This document shows, piece by piece, positions 1 through 10,100 of a DNA stretch of 53,959 nt. Made by a program: the position numbers and the translations under genes. Position 1 is the first letter of the stretch; each line of letters starts with the position of its first letter. Under the pieces are notes generated by a model. That model made no database searches, was not told where the DNA came from, and saw only the letters and a program-made list of their open reading frames with translations. The stretch spans positions 1 to 53,959 of the forward strand of contig JAYTHY010000126.1 in the NCBI GenBank assembly GCA_043732185.1, given 5' to 3'. The DNA comes from Fibrobacteria bacterium. GTDB taxonomy: Bacteria > Fibrobacterota > Fibrobacteria > UBA11236.

Positions 1-1
1 G

Positions 2-70
2 CTGCTGGAAATCATCGAGGAAATGACTACTATCAACATGGGGCTCTTGAAAAATGACGCCATTGGGTAA
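2..70 (+). CDS. C-terminal end of an ORF entering from the left edge (...LLEIIEEMTTINMGLLKNDAIG*)
   Basis: Frame +2 is open from position 2 to TAA at 68-70 and reads as an amphipathic helix. Its identity cannot be fixed from 22 codons. Confidence 0.4.
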   Translation: MLEIIEEMTTINMGLLKNDAIG

Positions 71-292
71 CTGAGTGGGGGTTTCCGAAAGGCATTGGGC
101 TTAAGCTGGAATTCTTCAGCGGCAAATACTGTAAAAGTCTACACGGTAACGGGCAAAAAAATAGGTCAAGCTTCGACCCGTTTCGGCCAAATTACAAATT
201 CGGAATTAAGCAGAGAGTTGCAGCTTAAGCCAGGGATATATTTGATCCAACAAGGCCGTAGTCAGGTTAAAAAGGCTTTATTGGTGGATTGA
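71..292 (+). pseudogene. Orphan T9SS type-A-like C-terminal sorting domain (gene fragment)
   Basis: Reads VKVYTVTGKKI...LKPGIYLIQ...KKALLVD, the usual type-A CTD pattern. It has no signal peptide or cargo domain and an in-frame TAA lies at 68-70. Its TGA overlaps the next ATG (TGATG, 290-294). Confidence 0.55.
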
Positions 293-2091
293 TGTTGCAT
301 TCCAAATCAATGCACCCTTTACATCTTGCATGGATTTCCGTCCTGCCCACGATTGGCGCACTGGCAGCAGACATTCCCGTGCGTTTCGAAATGGACCTAG
401 GGAAAAATATCCGAGCCATCAGCCCACTCATTTACGGCAGCAATACGGATGAATTGACCAAGGCCGACGGCGTCACCTTTCGCCGCTCTGGCGGCAATCG
501 ACTGACGGGTTACAATTGGGAAAACAATGCGTCCAATGCCGGTACAGATTGGCAGAATTCAAGCGATGCCTTTTTAGGAGGCGGAACCGTACCTGGTAAA
601 GCCATCACTGATTTTTTGGATAAATCTACGGCTTCAGGTTCTAAAGGTCTTATCACGTTGCAAACCGCGGGCTATGTCGCTAAAGACAAAAACGGTACCG
701 TACTCGAATCGGAAACTGCACCTTCCGCGCGTTGGTCCAAGGTGGTATTTGAAAAGGGGTCTGCTTTTACTCAAACACCGGATGCCAATGACGACAAGGT
801 TTACATGGATGAGTTCGTCGATTTGCTGGTCAAGAAATATGGAGGCGCAGCAACCGAAAATGGAGTCCAGTACTATGCCGTGGACAATGAACCGGCAATT
901 TGGCCAGGCACACATCCGCGCATCCATCCTCAAAAACCCACTTGTCTGGAGCTGGTACAGAAAACTACGGGCTTGGCACTGGCGGTTAAAAAGGTAGACC
1001 CGGCGGCTATGATTTTCGGCGGAGTGTTTTATGGATATGGAGCCTATGCCAATTTTCAGGAAGCGGCCGATTGGGCCGGCATCCAGAGCGCAGGAAAATA
1101 TGGTTGGTTCCTGGATTATTTTTTGGATGAAATGAAAAAAGCTTCGGATAAAGCGGGAAAGCGAGTGCTGGATGTACTCGACATACACTGGTATTCAGAA
1201 GCCATCGGTGACCATCGCATCAATGATGCTGCGGCAAGCACGGACAAGGACAAAATGGCCCGCTTGCAAGCGCCTCGTTCACTGTGGGACAGCAGCTATG
1301 TCGAAAACAGTTGGATCAGTCAGACACAAACCACGGTAGTCAAGGGTGGGGTAACAGTTCCCGGACCTGTTTTACTATTGCCCCACATTCTCGCATCCAT
1401 CCAAAAATATTACCCAGGGACCAAGCTCGCCATCACCGAATACAATTATGGGGGTGATGACAATATCAGTGGTGGAATTGCTACCGCTGATTATCTGGGC
1501 ATTCTGGGAAGAGAGGGTGTTTTTGCTTCCGGCTACTGGCAAATGGGCGCAAAGCCCACCTTTGTCGCTTCTGCGATTCGCCTGTACCGTAATTTCGACG
1601 GCAAGAATTCGACCTTTGGTGCTTTGGCTGCCTCGGCGCAAACTTCAGACAATGAAAACACTTCCGTCTATGCTTCCTTTAATTCCGGTGGCAGCGAAGT
1701 GAATATCATCACACTTAACAAAAGTCCCACGCAAACGGTGCAAGGAACTTTCCACGTGACAGCAACCGTAAGTTTAAGCTCTGGTCAAGTTTTTGGATTC
1801 AACCAAGGTGGCGTTGCACTATCGGAAAAGGCCGCTATTCCCTCTATCGTCGGGAATGCGTTTTCCTATGCGCTGCCTCCGCTATCCGCGTATCACTTTG
1901 TTCTGAAGTCGACCACGGCATTGCCAATTGGAGTTAAAGGGAAAACCCCGAGCAAGAAATGGACTCCAGTAACTGAGCAAGCAGGGTTACCGGCTTATTT
2001 GTTGAATGGTCGGAGTCCATCCCAGGAATCCGGTTTATCTAAGCCCTTTACACCATTTTTTATTTGGCTAAAAAGTGAGGCCACCCTGTAA
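292..2091 (+). CDS. Glycoside hydrolase family 44 (endoglucanase/xyloglucanase), secreted
   Basis: GH44 motifs ISPLIYGSN, RRSGGNRLTGYNWENNASNAG, YAVDNEP (acid/base), LDVLDIHWY, RLQAPRSLWD and YYPGTKLAITEYNYGG (nucleophile). N-terminal signal peptide present. Confidence 0.93.
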   Translation: MLHSKSMHPLHLAWISVLPTIGALAADIPVRFEMDLGKNIRAISPLIYGSNTDELTKADGVTFRRSGGNRLTGYNWENNASNAGTDWQNSSDAFLGGGTVPGKAITDFLDKSTASGSKGLITLQTAGYVAKDKNGTVLESETAPSARWSKVVFEKGSAFTQTPDANDDKVYMDEFVDLLVKKYGGAATENGVQYYAVDNEPAIWPGTHPRIHPQKPTCLELVQKTTGLALAVKKVDPAAMIFGGVFYGYGAYANFQEAADWAGIQSAGKYGWFLDYFLDEMKKASDKAGKRVLDVLDIHWYSEAIGDHRINDAAASTDKDKMARLQAPRSLWDSSYVENSWISQTQTTVVKGGVTVPGPVLLLPHILASIQKYYPGTKLAITEYNYGGDDNISGGIATADYLGILGREGVFASGYWQMGAKPTFVASAIRLYRNFDGKNSTFGALAASAQTSDNENTSVYASFNSGGSEVNIITLNKSPTQTVQGTFHVTATVSLSSGQVFGFNQGGVALSEKAAIPSIVGNAFSYALPPLSAYHFVLKSTTALPIGVKGKTPSKKWTPVTEQAGLPAYLLNGRSPSQESGLSKPFTPFFIWLKSEATL

Positions 2092-2100
2092 ACTTCAGGC

Positions 2101-4113
2101 ATGCTTCATTTTTTCAATTCCAAGGTTCTCACCCACTCCGCCTTTATTTTTATCTGTGTCACATGGCACAACACATCGGCTGCAAGTTCTGCCGATGCCC
2201 GCTTTGGATTGGTCGGGGCTGGGGGCGCTGCCTTTGCTGCCAAGTTCGGGCTGACCTATTACACGCTAGAAGGCAATTATAGCGCGGAAACCGGTTCCCT
2301 TTTTTCCTCTGTTCATCCCGCCTACGATCCCGCTGCGGGATTCAGTGTTGTGCGTGAGGTGGCCAAGCTCAACGTGCGCAATGACTCTTTGGGTGAGACG
2401 AATGCTCAGTTTCAGTCCAAGCTCAGTCAATACACCAAGGACTTGGCCTCCTGGTACGTGCTGCCGTCCTGGGGACGTGGCAAGAAGCCTGTATTCAAAT
2501 GGTATACCCCCAATGCCGTGGCGCTTATTCATGCCGAAAGCCTGCAAATTGTGGAGACGATACGGCGCGAAAAGGCCCGTAACCCAGCGATTACGGGTAC
2601 GGTTTGGGAAATCGGCAATGAGCCCAATTTGTTCCCGGCTATATTGCCCGTGGAATATGCCGCCATTTTCACTCAGTACCAAAGGGTTATCAAGGCGGAA
2701 GATCCCGGAGCAGTTGTTGCCATGGGTGCCATCTTTCTGCCTGAAACCAGTCAGGATTTAAAGGCCCGATTCGGCGAGGAGCTTGAGGCAAAGATCAAAA
2801 CAGAATTGCAGGCGGCCAATCTTTACACCACCCTGGTCAGTCTCGGAGTATTCTCAAGTCTGGTAACCGATGTTAAGAATACGGTACTGTCTCGGACCCT
2901 TTCGTTATCAAGCCGGGAATATCTCCAGCAAGTATTGGATGCCTGTGCTGCCAGGCCGGAAATCGTAACATTGCATGTTTACCCTTACGATGACCGTGCT
3001 CCCTTTCTCGATTCAGCCGCCTTACGCTCTATTGTCGATACCACGGTAAATGGGATTGCTGCACTATTGGCCGCAACTGGAATACCATCCAATTCTGGTG
3101 GTTCCGCGTCCATCTGGGTTACGGAATTTGGAAATATTGAACAAGGGTTGGATGCGGATCAAGCGGCTGAACGAATGCTTCGTCTAGTGGACTGTTTCCA
3201 AACGAGCGCAGCCATTGGCCGCTGGTTCCATTACAAATCGATTGGTGTCGATGAACAGTTCGCATTGTTTTCTAGCGGCCCGGCACCGCTTACACGGCTG
3301 GCTACGGAGTCTGGATTTGCCCCCGCTGACGGCAAGTTTGCGTGTACCGCGCTGAATGCCCTCGGCCGCGCCTATTGGAGAGCTAGCCATGGTGGATCTG
3401 AATGCCAAGATCCGCAAGTAGTGACTAATCCCGTCACTGACTCGGTGAAGGTCGATTCAGTGGTAGTAACCGATTCGTTACCTCATAAACCAGTGGTAGT
3501 TGGCCCGGCTCAGCCAATGATATTAAATTCCGAAGGTAGCCAGCTTTCTACGTTGATTCCACTTCGATGGGATGTAGCCTCTGGCCTGGAAATGAGCACA
3601 AATTCAGCGGGGACTTGGTCCGTGGCAGAATTTTTCCGGGACAGTTCTGCCTCCGAGCTGCTCTTGCGTAGGGACTCACTAAAAACTCAATCTTACTTAG
3701 CAACTCTTCCTGGAGGCAGTGCCACCATTTGGGTCCGAGTCAAGTTTCTGGATTCTCACGGTTTGGAATCCCCGTGGAGCGCATTCAAGAAATTGGTATG
3801 GGCAGGCGCGCCTGTAACTCGGCTGTTGGCCGGACCGGTAGTAGGCTTTTCCCTCAAATCCGCAGGGGGAGGGCGTAGTATTGTCATCATGCGCATTGAA
3901 TTGTCTAAGGCGGCTTCGGTGCGGGTGCAGATTCTGGATGCGCGCGGCCAAACGCGTAGAACCCTGTTCCAAGGCCGCTTGGAGGCTGGTAGCCATGCTT
4001 TTCCCTATGATGGTCGAGGTGGGCGCGGCAGGCATATTGAAACCGGTGTCTATTTTTGCCGATTCCAAGCGGATGGCGAAGTAAGGACCATCCCAACTCA
4101 AATTCCGCCTTAA
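2101..4113 (+). CDS. Clan GH-A glycoside hydrolase (GH39-like) with C-terminal FlgD-Ig/CTD-like domain
   Basis: WEIGNEPN, LHVYPY and IWVTEFG catalytic-type motifs, plus a signal peptide. C-terminus reads VQILDARGQTRRTL...YDGRGGRG...GVYFCRF. Confidence 0.75.
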   Translation: MLHFFNSKVLTHSAFIFICVTWHNTSAASSADARFGLVGAGGAAFAAKFGLTYYTLEGNYSAETGSLFSSVHPAYDPAAGFSVVREVAKLNVRNDSLGETNAQFQSKLSQYTKDLASWYVLPSWGRGKKPVFKWYTPNAVALIHAESLQIVETIRREKARNPAITGTVWEIGNEPNLFPAILPVEYAAIFTQYQRVIKAEDPGAVVAMGAIFLPETSQDLKARFGEELEAKIKTELQAANLYTTLVSLGVFSSLVTDVKNTVLSRTLSLSSREYLQQVLDACAARPEIVTLHVYPYDDRAPFLDSAALRSIVDTTVNGIAALLAATGIPSNSGGSASIWVTEFGNIEQGLDADQAAERMLRLVDCFQTSAAIGRWFHYKSIGVDEQFALFSSGPAPLTRLATESGFAPADGKFACTALNALGRAYWRASHGGSECQDPQVVTNPVTDSVKVDSVVVTDSLPHKPVVVGPAQPMILNSEGSQLSTLIPLRWDVASGLEMSTNSAGTWSVAEFFRDSSASELLLRRDSLKTQSYLATLPGGSATIWVRVKFLDSHGLESPWSAFKKLVWAGAPVTRLLAGPVVGFSLKSAGGGRSIVIMRIELSKAASVRVQILDARGQTRRTLFQGRLEAGSHAFPYDGRGGRGRHIETGVYFCRFQADGEVRTIPTQIPP

Positions 4114-4175
4114 TTTCAGAGGAAATCCGTTCACCTGTGGTAAACGAATTTATTCCTGAACCAGCTATATTAGCA

Positions 4176-4204
4176 TTGATTGCGCTATGGCCAAGCGGTA
4201 ACTT
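4176..4204 (+). promoter_or_regulatory. Putative sigma70 promoter of the TIGR02147 operon
   Basis: TTGATT(4176-4181)-17 nt-TAACTT(4199-4204). A palindrome GCTATATTAGC (4164-4174) abuts the -35 box. SD AGGAG at 4216-4220 precedes GTG 4225. Confidence 0.45.
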
Positions 4205-4224
4205 GGAGGTAGCCTAGGAGCCCT

Positions 4225-5112
4225 GTGGCAAATATTTTTGAATACACGGATTATCGCCTCTACCTCAAAGCCGCGTATGCGGAACGGCGAAAGGAAAACG
4301 CCAAGTTTTCGTATCGCTATATCGCCGCAAAAGTTGGATTCGCCTCACCGGGATTCTTTTCCAATGTGTTGGCCGGGGACAGGGATATCTCCCTGAAACT
4401 CGTCCTTAAATTTTCAGAACTCTTTAATTTGAAGCGCAACGAAAAAGAGTATTTTGAAATCCTGGTGCTGTTCAACAAAGCCAATTCAGGTGGTGAAAAA
4501 AAGGAATACCTCGACCGATTGATGGCCATGCGCGGATCCCAAATCAAAAAAGTGGAAGCCCATCAATGGGAATATTTTGAGAAATGGCACAATACGGCTG
4601 TGCGGGAACTGATCGCCCTGAGACCTTTCCGAGGCGATTTCAAAGCCTTGGCAGCCATGATTCAACCTCCCATTTCCGTACCAGAAGCCAGAAAATCAAT
4701 TGAGCTGCTCTTGAATCTGGGCCTCATCCGAAAAGGTCCGGACGGGGTTTTTGAAAGGACAGACGCACTCCTGACCGCCGGGGATGAAATCAGCCGGACC
4801 TTGATCGATTCCTTCCAGGTCCAGTCCATGGACTTGGCCAAGCAGGCACTGGAAAAACTGCCTACGGGAAGCCGTAATTTCTCTACATTGACATTAAGCG
4901 TTTCGAGCGCAACCTATGCTGCAATGATTGAGGAGCTGCGAAATTTTCGTAAGCGCCTTATGGAACTGGCTAGGAATTCAGACGATGTAGACAGGGTTTA
5001 TCAAATGAATTTTCATGTTTTTCCAGTAACGGTTTTGCCTGTGCGAACCTCAGGCCCACTCAAACTGGTTTCCAGTGGGGGTAAAAAACCGGTTGCCAAA
5101 AAAACGCCATGA
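4225..5112 (+). CDS. TIGR02147 family protein (N-terminal HTH-like region + DUF4423), copy 1
   Basis: IFEYTDYRLYLK...FSYRYIAAKVGFASPGF, EKEYFEILVLFNKA, YFEKWHNTAVRELI, RNFSTLTLSVS and DRVYQMNFHVFP are hallmark segments of the family. Confidence 0.9.
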   Translation: MANIFEYTDYRLYLKAAYAERRKENAKFSYRYIAAKVGFASPGFFSNVLAGDRDISLKLVLKFSELFNLKRNEKEYFEILVLFNKANSGGEKKEYLDRLMAMRGSQIKKVEAHQWEYFEKWHNTAVRELIALRPFRGDFKALAAMIQPPISVPEARKSIELLLNLGLIRKGPDGVFERTDALLTAGDEISRTLIDSFQVQSMDLAKQALEKLPTGSRNFSTLTLSVSSATYAAMIEELRNFRKRLMELARNSDDVDRVYQMNFHVFPVTVLPVRTSGPLKLVSSGGKKPVAKKTP

Positions 5113-7034
5113 GCAGTCGCTTGCGGGCCGTTGCAGCCTTTTCGATAGTAACTGCAATGCTACTGGGATCCAGCTGGATGCTGAGTGCCTGTAATTTACT
5201 GGGAGGTAAGGGTGGAGGAACCGAAACGGAATCCCTACTGGAAGTGACCGGCAGGGCGGTTAATCCAGATAATAGCCCCGTCATTGGCGCGCACGTTATT
5301 TTAAGGAACACAGACTTTCTCGCGGACCCCATTTCCCCAATCGATGGAGAAAAACAAGGCCGTGAAACCATAACCGATTCCCGGGGCAGATACAGCTTTC
5401 TGAGCCTGCCCGCAGGCTCTTACCGCGTGGAATTGGCGGGCACAGAGTCTGGCGGGCTAGTACGGGATTTTGTGTTACCTACAACTGGAACAAGACTGGA
5501 ATTGCCGCTCGACACGCTTAAGCCACGCGGTGGAATCATGGGTGTTTTTGCATCCGACAGCGATGCGCAATCCTCGCGCTTCATTCAGGTGTACGGGATG
5601 GAAAGATTGGTAAAGGCAGATCCATCCGGTACATTTATAATCGGGAACTTACCTGCCGGAACATATGCAATCCGCTGTAGCAGCCTACAGCCCTTCCGGC
5701 GCGAGGCCGTGCTCGAAGGTTTAATTGTTAAATCGGGATCGACTACGCGTATTCCCACTGTGGTCCTGGCTAAAGAAGCCAAACTGATATTCCATGCCGA
5801 CAGCACTCAATTAACCATTGAGGGCATGGAATCCGGCAACCCATTTATCCTGGACAATGAGCTTTGGAGCAATGGCATAGAGGCTGAATACGCATGGACC
5901 AAAGCGAGCCTAGGTACGCTTAACTTGCGAGGCAACATCGTCACTAAAGACATGAGTGGCGATTTGAACACGTCAATCGATCAAGAAATGCTTCGCGGCC
6001 GCAAAGATATGCACAAGGCACGAATGGCAGGCTTAGCCAATTTGGTGGATCTGGTGCCGGGTGCCGCAGCGCCACTGGCCTTGCCCCCCTCAGGCCGTAT
6101 CGAAGACATTGTGCCTGTGGCCAGTGTGGGCAGTGATTTAATTGTAGCCGAAGCCAGGAAGGCCACTTTTGATAAACCACTTATAGTAGTGGTTGGAGGA
6201 CCGTTGACTACTGTGGCGCAAGCCTATCTCACCGACCCTTCCATTGCAGAAAAAATGGTTGTGGCAGGAGTATATTCCTACACACTCAGCTCTTTCGATA
6301 CGGTTGCCAATTATCTGGTTGCCAAGAAATGCCGATTTGTCCAATGGGGCCGCACCTCCTCGTTTGGCGGTGCTACTGATACGCTCAGGCTGTCATCCCT
6401 ACCGACCACCCGCATGGGGGAAAACATCAGTGCGTTTTTATACGCCAATCGGGGTGTCCTCGCTTACGGCGACCTTGCTCCCATTGCCTATTTATTCGAT
6501 CACCGGCTTTGGAAATCCGCGAATCTGGTCAAGGTGTCACCCAAACTTCTGGTGCAACCCGCTTCCGATATCACTTTTGATTTTCTTGATGTGCCTGGAA
6601 ACAACAATGATTTTGCGCTCTACCAAGACGAAGTCCTGTCGACCTTGTCCGACAGCAATGCCTATAAACCGAATGTTTTGCCGGGAATCTTGGCTGCTGA
6701 GGCTTACCTTGGAAATTACGGTATTACCCATTTTGATTTGGACACGGCTATGGGTTCCACAGGGGTTACCTACTCCGCCGGAGCCTGGACAGACTATAAG
6801 GTTTCCGTGGGCTTCGGCACAAAGTACGTATTCAGTTTCCATTATAAGGGCGCGGGTGGCACCTTATCCATAGGCTACGCAGGTCAAGCTTCTTTGAAGG
6901 AAATCACATTGCCGCCCTCCGTGGACTGGACCGATTCTTTTAAGGAAGCGGTTATCCTGGATGGCGGGATTGCCGTATTGCGATTGAGCTGTACAGCAGG
7001 GTCTTTTAATGTGGAAAGTTTAGATATTCATTGA
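5109..7034 (+). CDS. Lipoprotein: two carboxypeptidase-regulatory-like beta-sandwiches + nucleoside-hydrolase-like domain + CBM6-like C-terminus
   Basis: Lipobox LSAC followed by GGGTETES. Sandwich repeats TDSRGRYSFLSLPAGSY and ADPSGTFIIGNLPAGTY. IU-NH-like segment PLIVVVGGPLTTVAQAYLTDPSIAEK. CBM6-like AEAY...GAWTDYKV...FNVESLDI. ATGA overlap with the upstream gene. Confidence 0.75.
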   Translation: MSSRLRAVAAFSIVTAMLLGSSWMLSACNLLGGKGGGTETESLLEVTGRAVNPDNSPVIGAHVILRNTDFLADPISPIDGEKQGRETITDSRGRYSFLSLPAGSYRVELAGTESGGLVRDFVLPTTGTRLELPLDTLKPRGGIMGVFASDSDAQSSRFIQVYGMERLVKADPSGTFIIGNLPAGTYAIRCSSLQPFRREAVLEGLIVKSGSTTRIPTVVLAKEAKLIFHADSTQLTIEGMESGNPFILDNELWSNGIEAEYAWTKASLGTLNLRGNIVTKDMSGDLNTSIDQEMLRGRKDMHKARMAGLANLVDLVPGAAAPLALPPSGRIEDIVPVASVGSDLIVAEARKATFDKPLIVVVGGPLTTVAQAYLTDPSIAEKMVVAGVYSYTLSSFDTVANYLVAKKCRFVQWGRTSSFGGATDTLRLSSLPTTRMGENISAFLYANRGVLAYGDLAPIAYLFDHRLWKSANLVKVSPKLLVQPASDITFDFLDVPGNNNDFALYQDEVLSTLSDSNAYKPNVLPGILAAEAYLGNYGITHFDLDTAMGSTGVTYSAGAWTDYKVSVGFGTKYVFSFHYKGAGGTLSIGYAGQASLKEITLPPSVDWTDSFKEAVILDGGIAVLRLSCTAGSFNVESLDIH

Positions 7035-7046
7035 TTTTAAGCCCCA

Positions 7047-7062
7047 TGTGACGCCCATCACT
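7047..7062. promoter_or_regulatory. CRP/FNR-family-like box
   Basis: TGTGA-CGCCCA-TCACT, a 9/10 match to TGTGA-N6-TCACA, in the intergenic region about 65 nt upstream of ATG 7127. Confidence 0.45.
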
Positions 7063-7126
7063 ATGACTTTCCGTGGGATTGTTAGCTTTTAGCAATCAAG
7101 TTTGATATGGAAAGTAAAGCGGCAAA

Positions 7127-10100
7127 ATGAGTACTCAAAAAATAAAAAGCAATTCGGCTTCGGTGTTTAAGAGGTTTTCTCTTTTTCTTATGGCTTCTGT
7201 TTTGACCTTCTGGGCTTGCCAGTTGACACAAAGCGGCGGAACCACGCAAGCGGCGTCCTTCACCACCTTATACGATGAACTTGCCAAGTACGACTCGGTC
7301 ATTATTGTATTCAAAGATCGAGACGGAGAATTGCTGGACACAATTTATAAGGGGAAAGTGGACAAGCATGCGGAAATTGAGAATCTACTGGTAAGAAATT
7401 GGGATGGCGGAATGGCGCTGATCGATATCATCGGAATAAAAGATGGAGTGGTTGTTTACAAAATCGAAAAGCGCTTCGACGGTAAAACGAATACAACGGA
7501 AGCGACACTACTCATCGTAGTTCCCGGTACCAAGTTAAATGCGAGTGGGTTGGAATTCAAGGTCATGGAAGGCGACTCCATTCCCTTGCCGGTTATCACA
7601 GTTAATCCAAGTACCTTATCTGACAAATCCTTGCGTTGGATACCTTCTAATTCCGAAGTGCTCCGGGTTGGGTCTGATTACATCTATGGATTGAAGCAAG
7701 GTTCTGCAAGCGTGGTCGTCGCCTTAAACGTCGATTCCACCAAAAAAATAACCATCAATTATACTGTAGAGGTCAACGCAAAAATCCCCGAACGATTGAT
7801 TCTTTCTGCAGATACTCTCTACGTAGCCGCAGGAGGCGCACCGGGTCGGCTTACCCTGCAAGTCTTTCCAACCAGCGCAAGCGACCAGGTAATTTGGCGT
7901 ACCGATGATGTTACCTTGGCATCGGTAGGTTCAGATGGATCCGTCCTTGGTCTTAAAAGCGGGACAACTACTTTACGTGCTGTTTCCACTTTAAAATCTT
8001 CGATATCCGATTCCGCAATTGTGGTTGTTTCCAATCCTATCCTGGTGGAAAGGGTACGATTTGCCAAGGATTCAATTGAAATTTTTGTCAGAGGATCGGC
8101 GGAAAGTCTCCTTGTCGATGTATGGCCACCGAAGTCGAACCCCAGTGTGGAATTTATTGTAAGCGATCCAAACAAAATTGCCCTAAAGAATGGACGCGTT
8201 ACCGGATTGGTTGAAGGCTCGGCGATTATCATCGCCAAGTCCAAGGAAAATCCAGCCAAAATGGACACTTTAATTGTTCGCGTATCGTCCATTCAAGTGG
8301 TTGACAGTGTAAGAATATCACCGCGTTCCCTTAAACTATTTACCGGCGGGGCCAGCCAAAATATTTCTGCCCAGGTTTTCCCTTCCACAGCTTCTGCAAA
8401 TGTGGTGTGGCGTTCAGCAAATCCAACTATTGCCACTGTGGACCCCCTAGGTAAGGTGAGCCCGGTTTCGCCTGGAAACATCAAGGTGTTTGCCACAAGT
8501 CTTGCTGACAGCACCAAAAAGGACAGCATCGATGTAACTGTCAAGCGTGACGCACCACAAATGAATATTGGACCAGATACGGTTATTGCCCTAGGGCAAA
8601 CACTTTCCTTCACTCCCATAATTGCTCCACAAGAATACGGACTTATTGTCCAATTCAAATGGGATCTCGATGGAAATGCAGTATGGGACTCCTCAAGTGC
8701 CACAGTGAAATCCGTATCCTATAGGTTCGATCAGGAAAAAGTGTATGCCATTCGGTTCTATGTCAAAGACACGGAAGGCAATGAAACGATCATGACGAAA
8801 AATGTGACTGCCGTTAAAGGCTTGGTGGTGAATATCGTCTCACCCGCCAACAATAGCTATTCCCGAGTTGCCACTATCAATGTGGTCTGGAAGGTCAATG
8901 ACGTGGTGCAAGACTCATTAACCACGGCAAACTTATTGACGGTGTCAACACCATTAAACGCACCGTAAGGGATGCTTTCGGCACTCCATTTTCCGCTTCA
9001 AATACCGTTATTCTGGATTCTCTGGCACCGAATAAGCCCTTGGTTCACGGCCCAAGTTTTATTCCCTCAAAACAGCCCACTTGGACTTGGGCCACCGGTG
9101 GCTCCGGGGGTAATGGCACGTATCGAACAGCATTAGATATCGAAAACTTTTCATCAGCCATTGAAATAACGGATACGCTCTATAAACCTGTCCTTGCGTT
9201 GCCCGAAGGGTTGCATACCTTGTTCGTGCAAGAACGGGACATTGCCGGAAACTGGTCTGCATCAGGCCGACTCGCCATACGCATTGATGTAACGCCGCCC
9301 TCTGCACCGACTGTCACTGTTAGCACTCCGGCTCTCAGTAATTTGCCGAGACCCACCTGGAGCTGGATCGGAACCGGCGGAGGAATTGGAGCATTTCAAT
9401 ATAAGGTGGACAATTTCGATTTTACTATCGGCGCCACTGAAACATCGGGATTGTCGTACCAATCCACATCGGATATGTCCGCGGGAACACATACTGTGTA
9501 TGTACGGGAAAAAGATTCCACGGGAAACTGGTCGGCCCTAGGTAGCGTTGCTGTTACTCTCGACTTTGATCCACCCGCAGCGCCAAAGCTGACAGGGGCA
9601 TCCCCCACGAACTTAATTCCAAAGTGGAACTGGATTTCCGGAGGCAATGGTGGGTCTGGTACTTTCCGGTACCATTTAGGGGCAGAGCCTACCGGCTCGG
9701 ACACGGAAACCAAACTACTGGAATTTAGTGACTCCGGAGCTACTTCGGTCAATACTTATACCTTGTATGTTCAAGAACGCGATGCAGCAGGAAACTGGTC
9801 CCCGAGTTCAAACCTTCCAATCACATATAACCTAACGAAACCGTCAGTGAATATTGTTTTGCCTTTGGCATCCGGCACCCATACCATGTCCGCTGCCACA
9901 TCGGCAATGTCCGGTAGTTCAGGTGGACCAAACGCCATCACCAAGGTCACCTATGCGTATTCCGTAGTCGGTGGCACCAGCGGTACAGGAAATGCGTCGC
10001 TGGCTACCGGCGGGGCTTGGTCCATCGCCAGTATTCCACTCACGGAAGGAAAGGCAACGGTCGTTACTGTTACGGCTACCGACGTGCTTGGCAATTCAGG

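Noticed and set aside
8925..8945. Programmed ribosomal frameshift or phase-variable tract at the split in the giant lipoprotein
   Set aside because: There is no XXXYYYZ heptamer, homopolymer run or obvious stimulatory hairpin, so a simple indel is more parsimonious.
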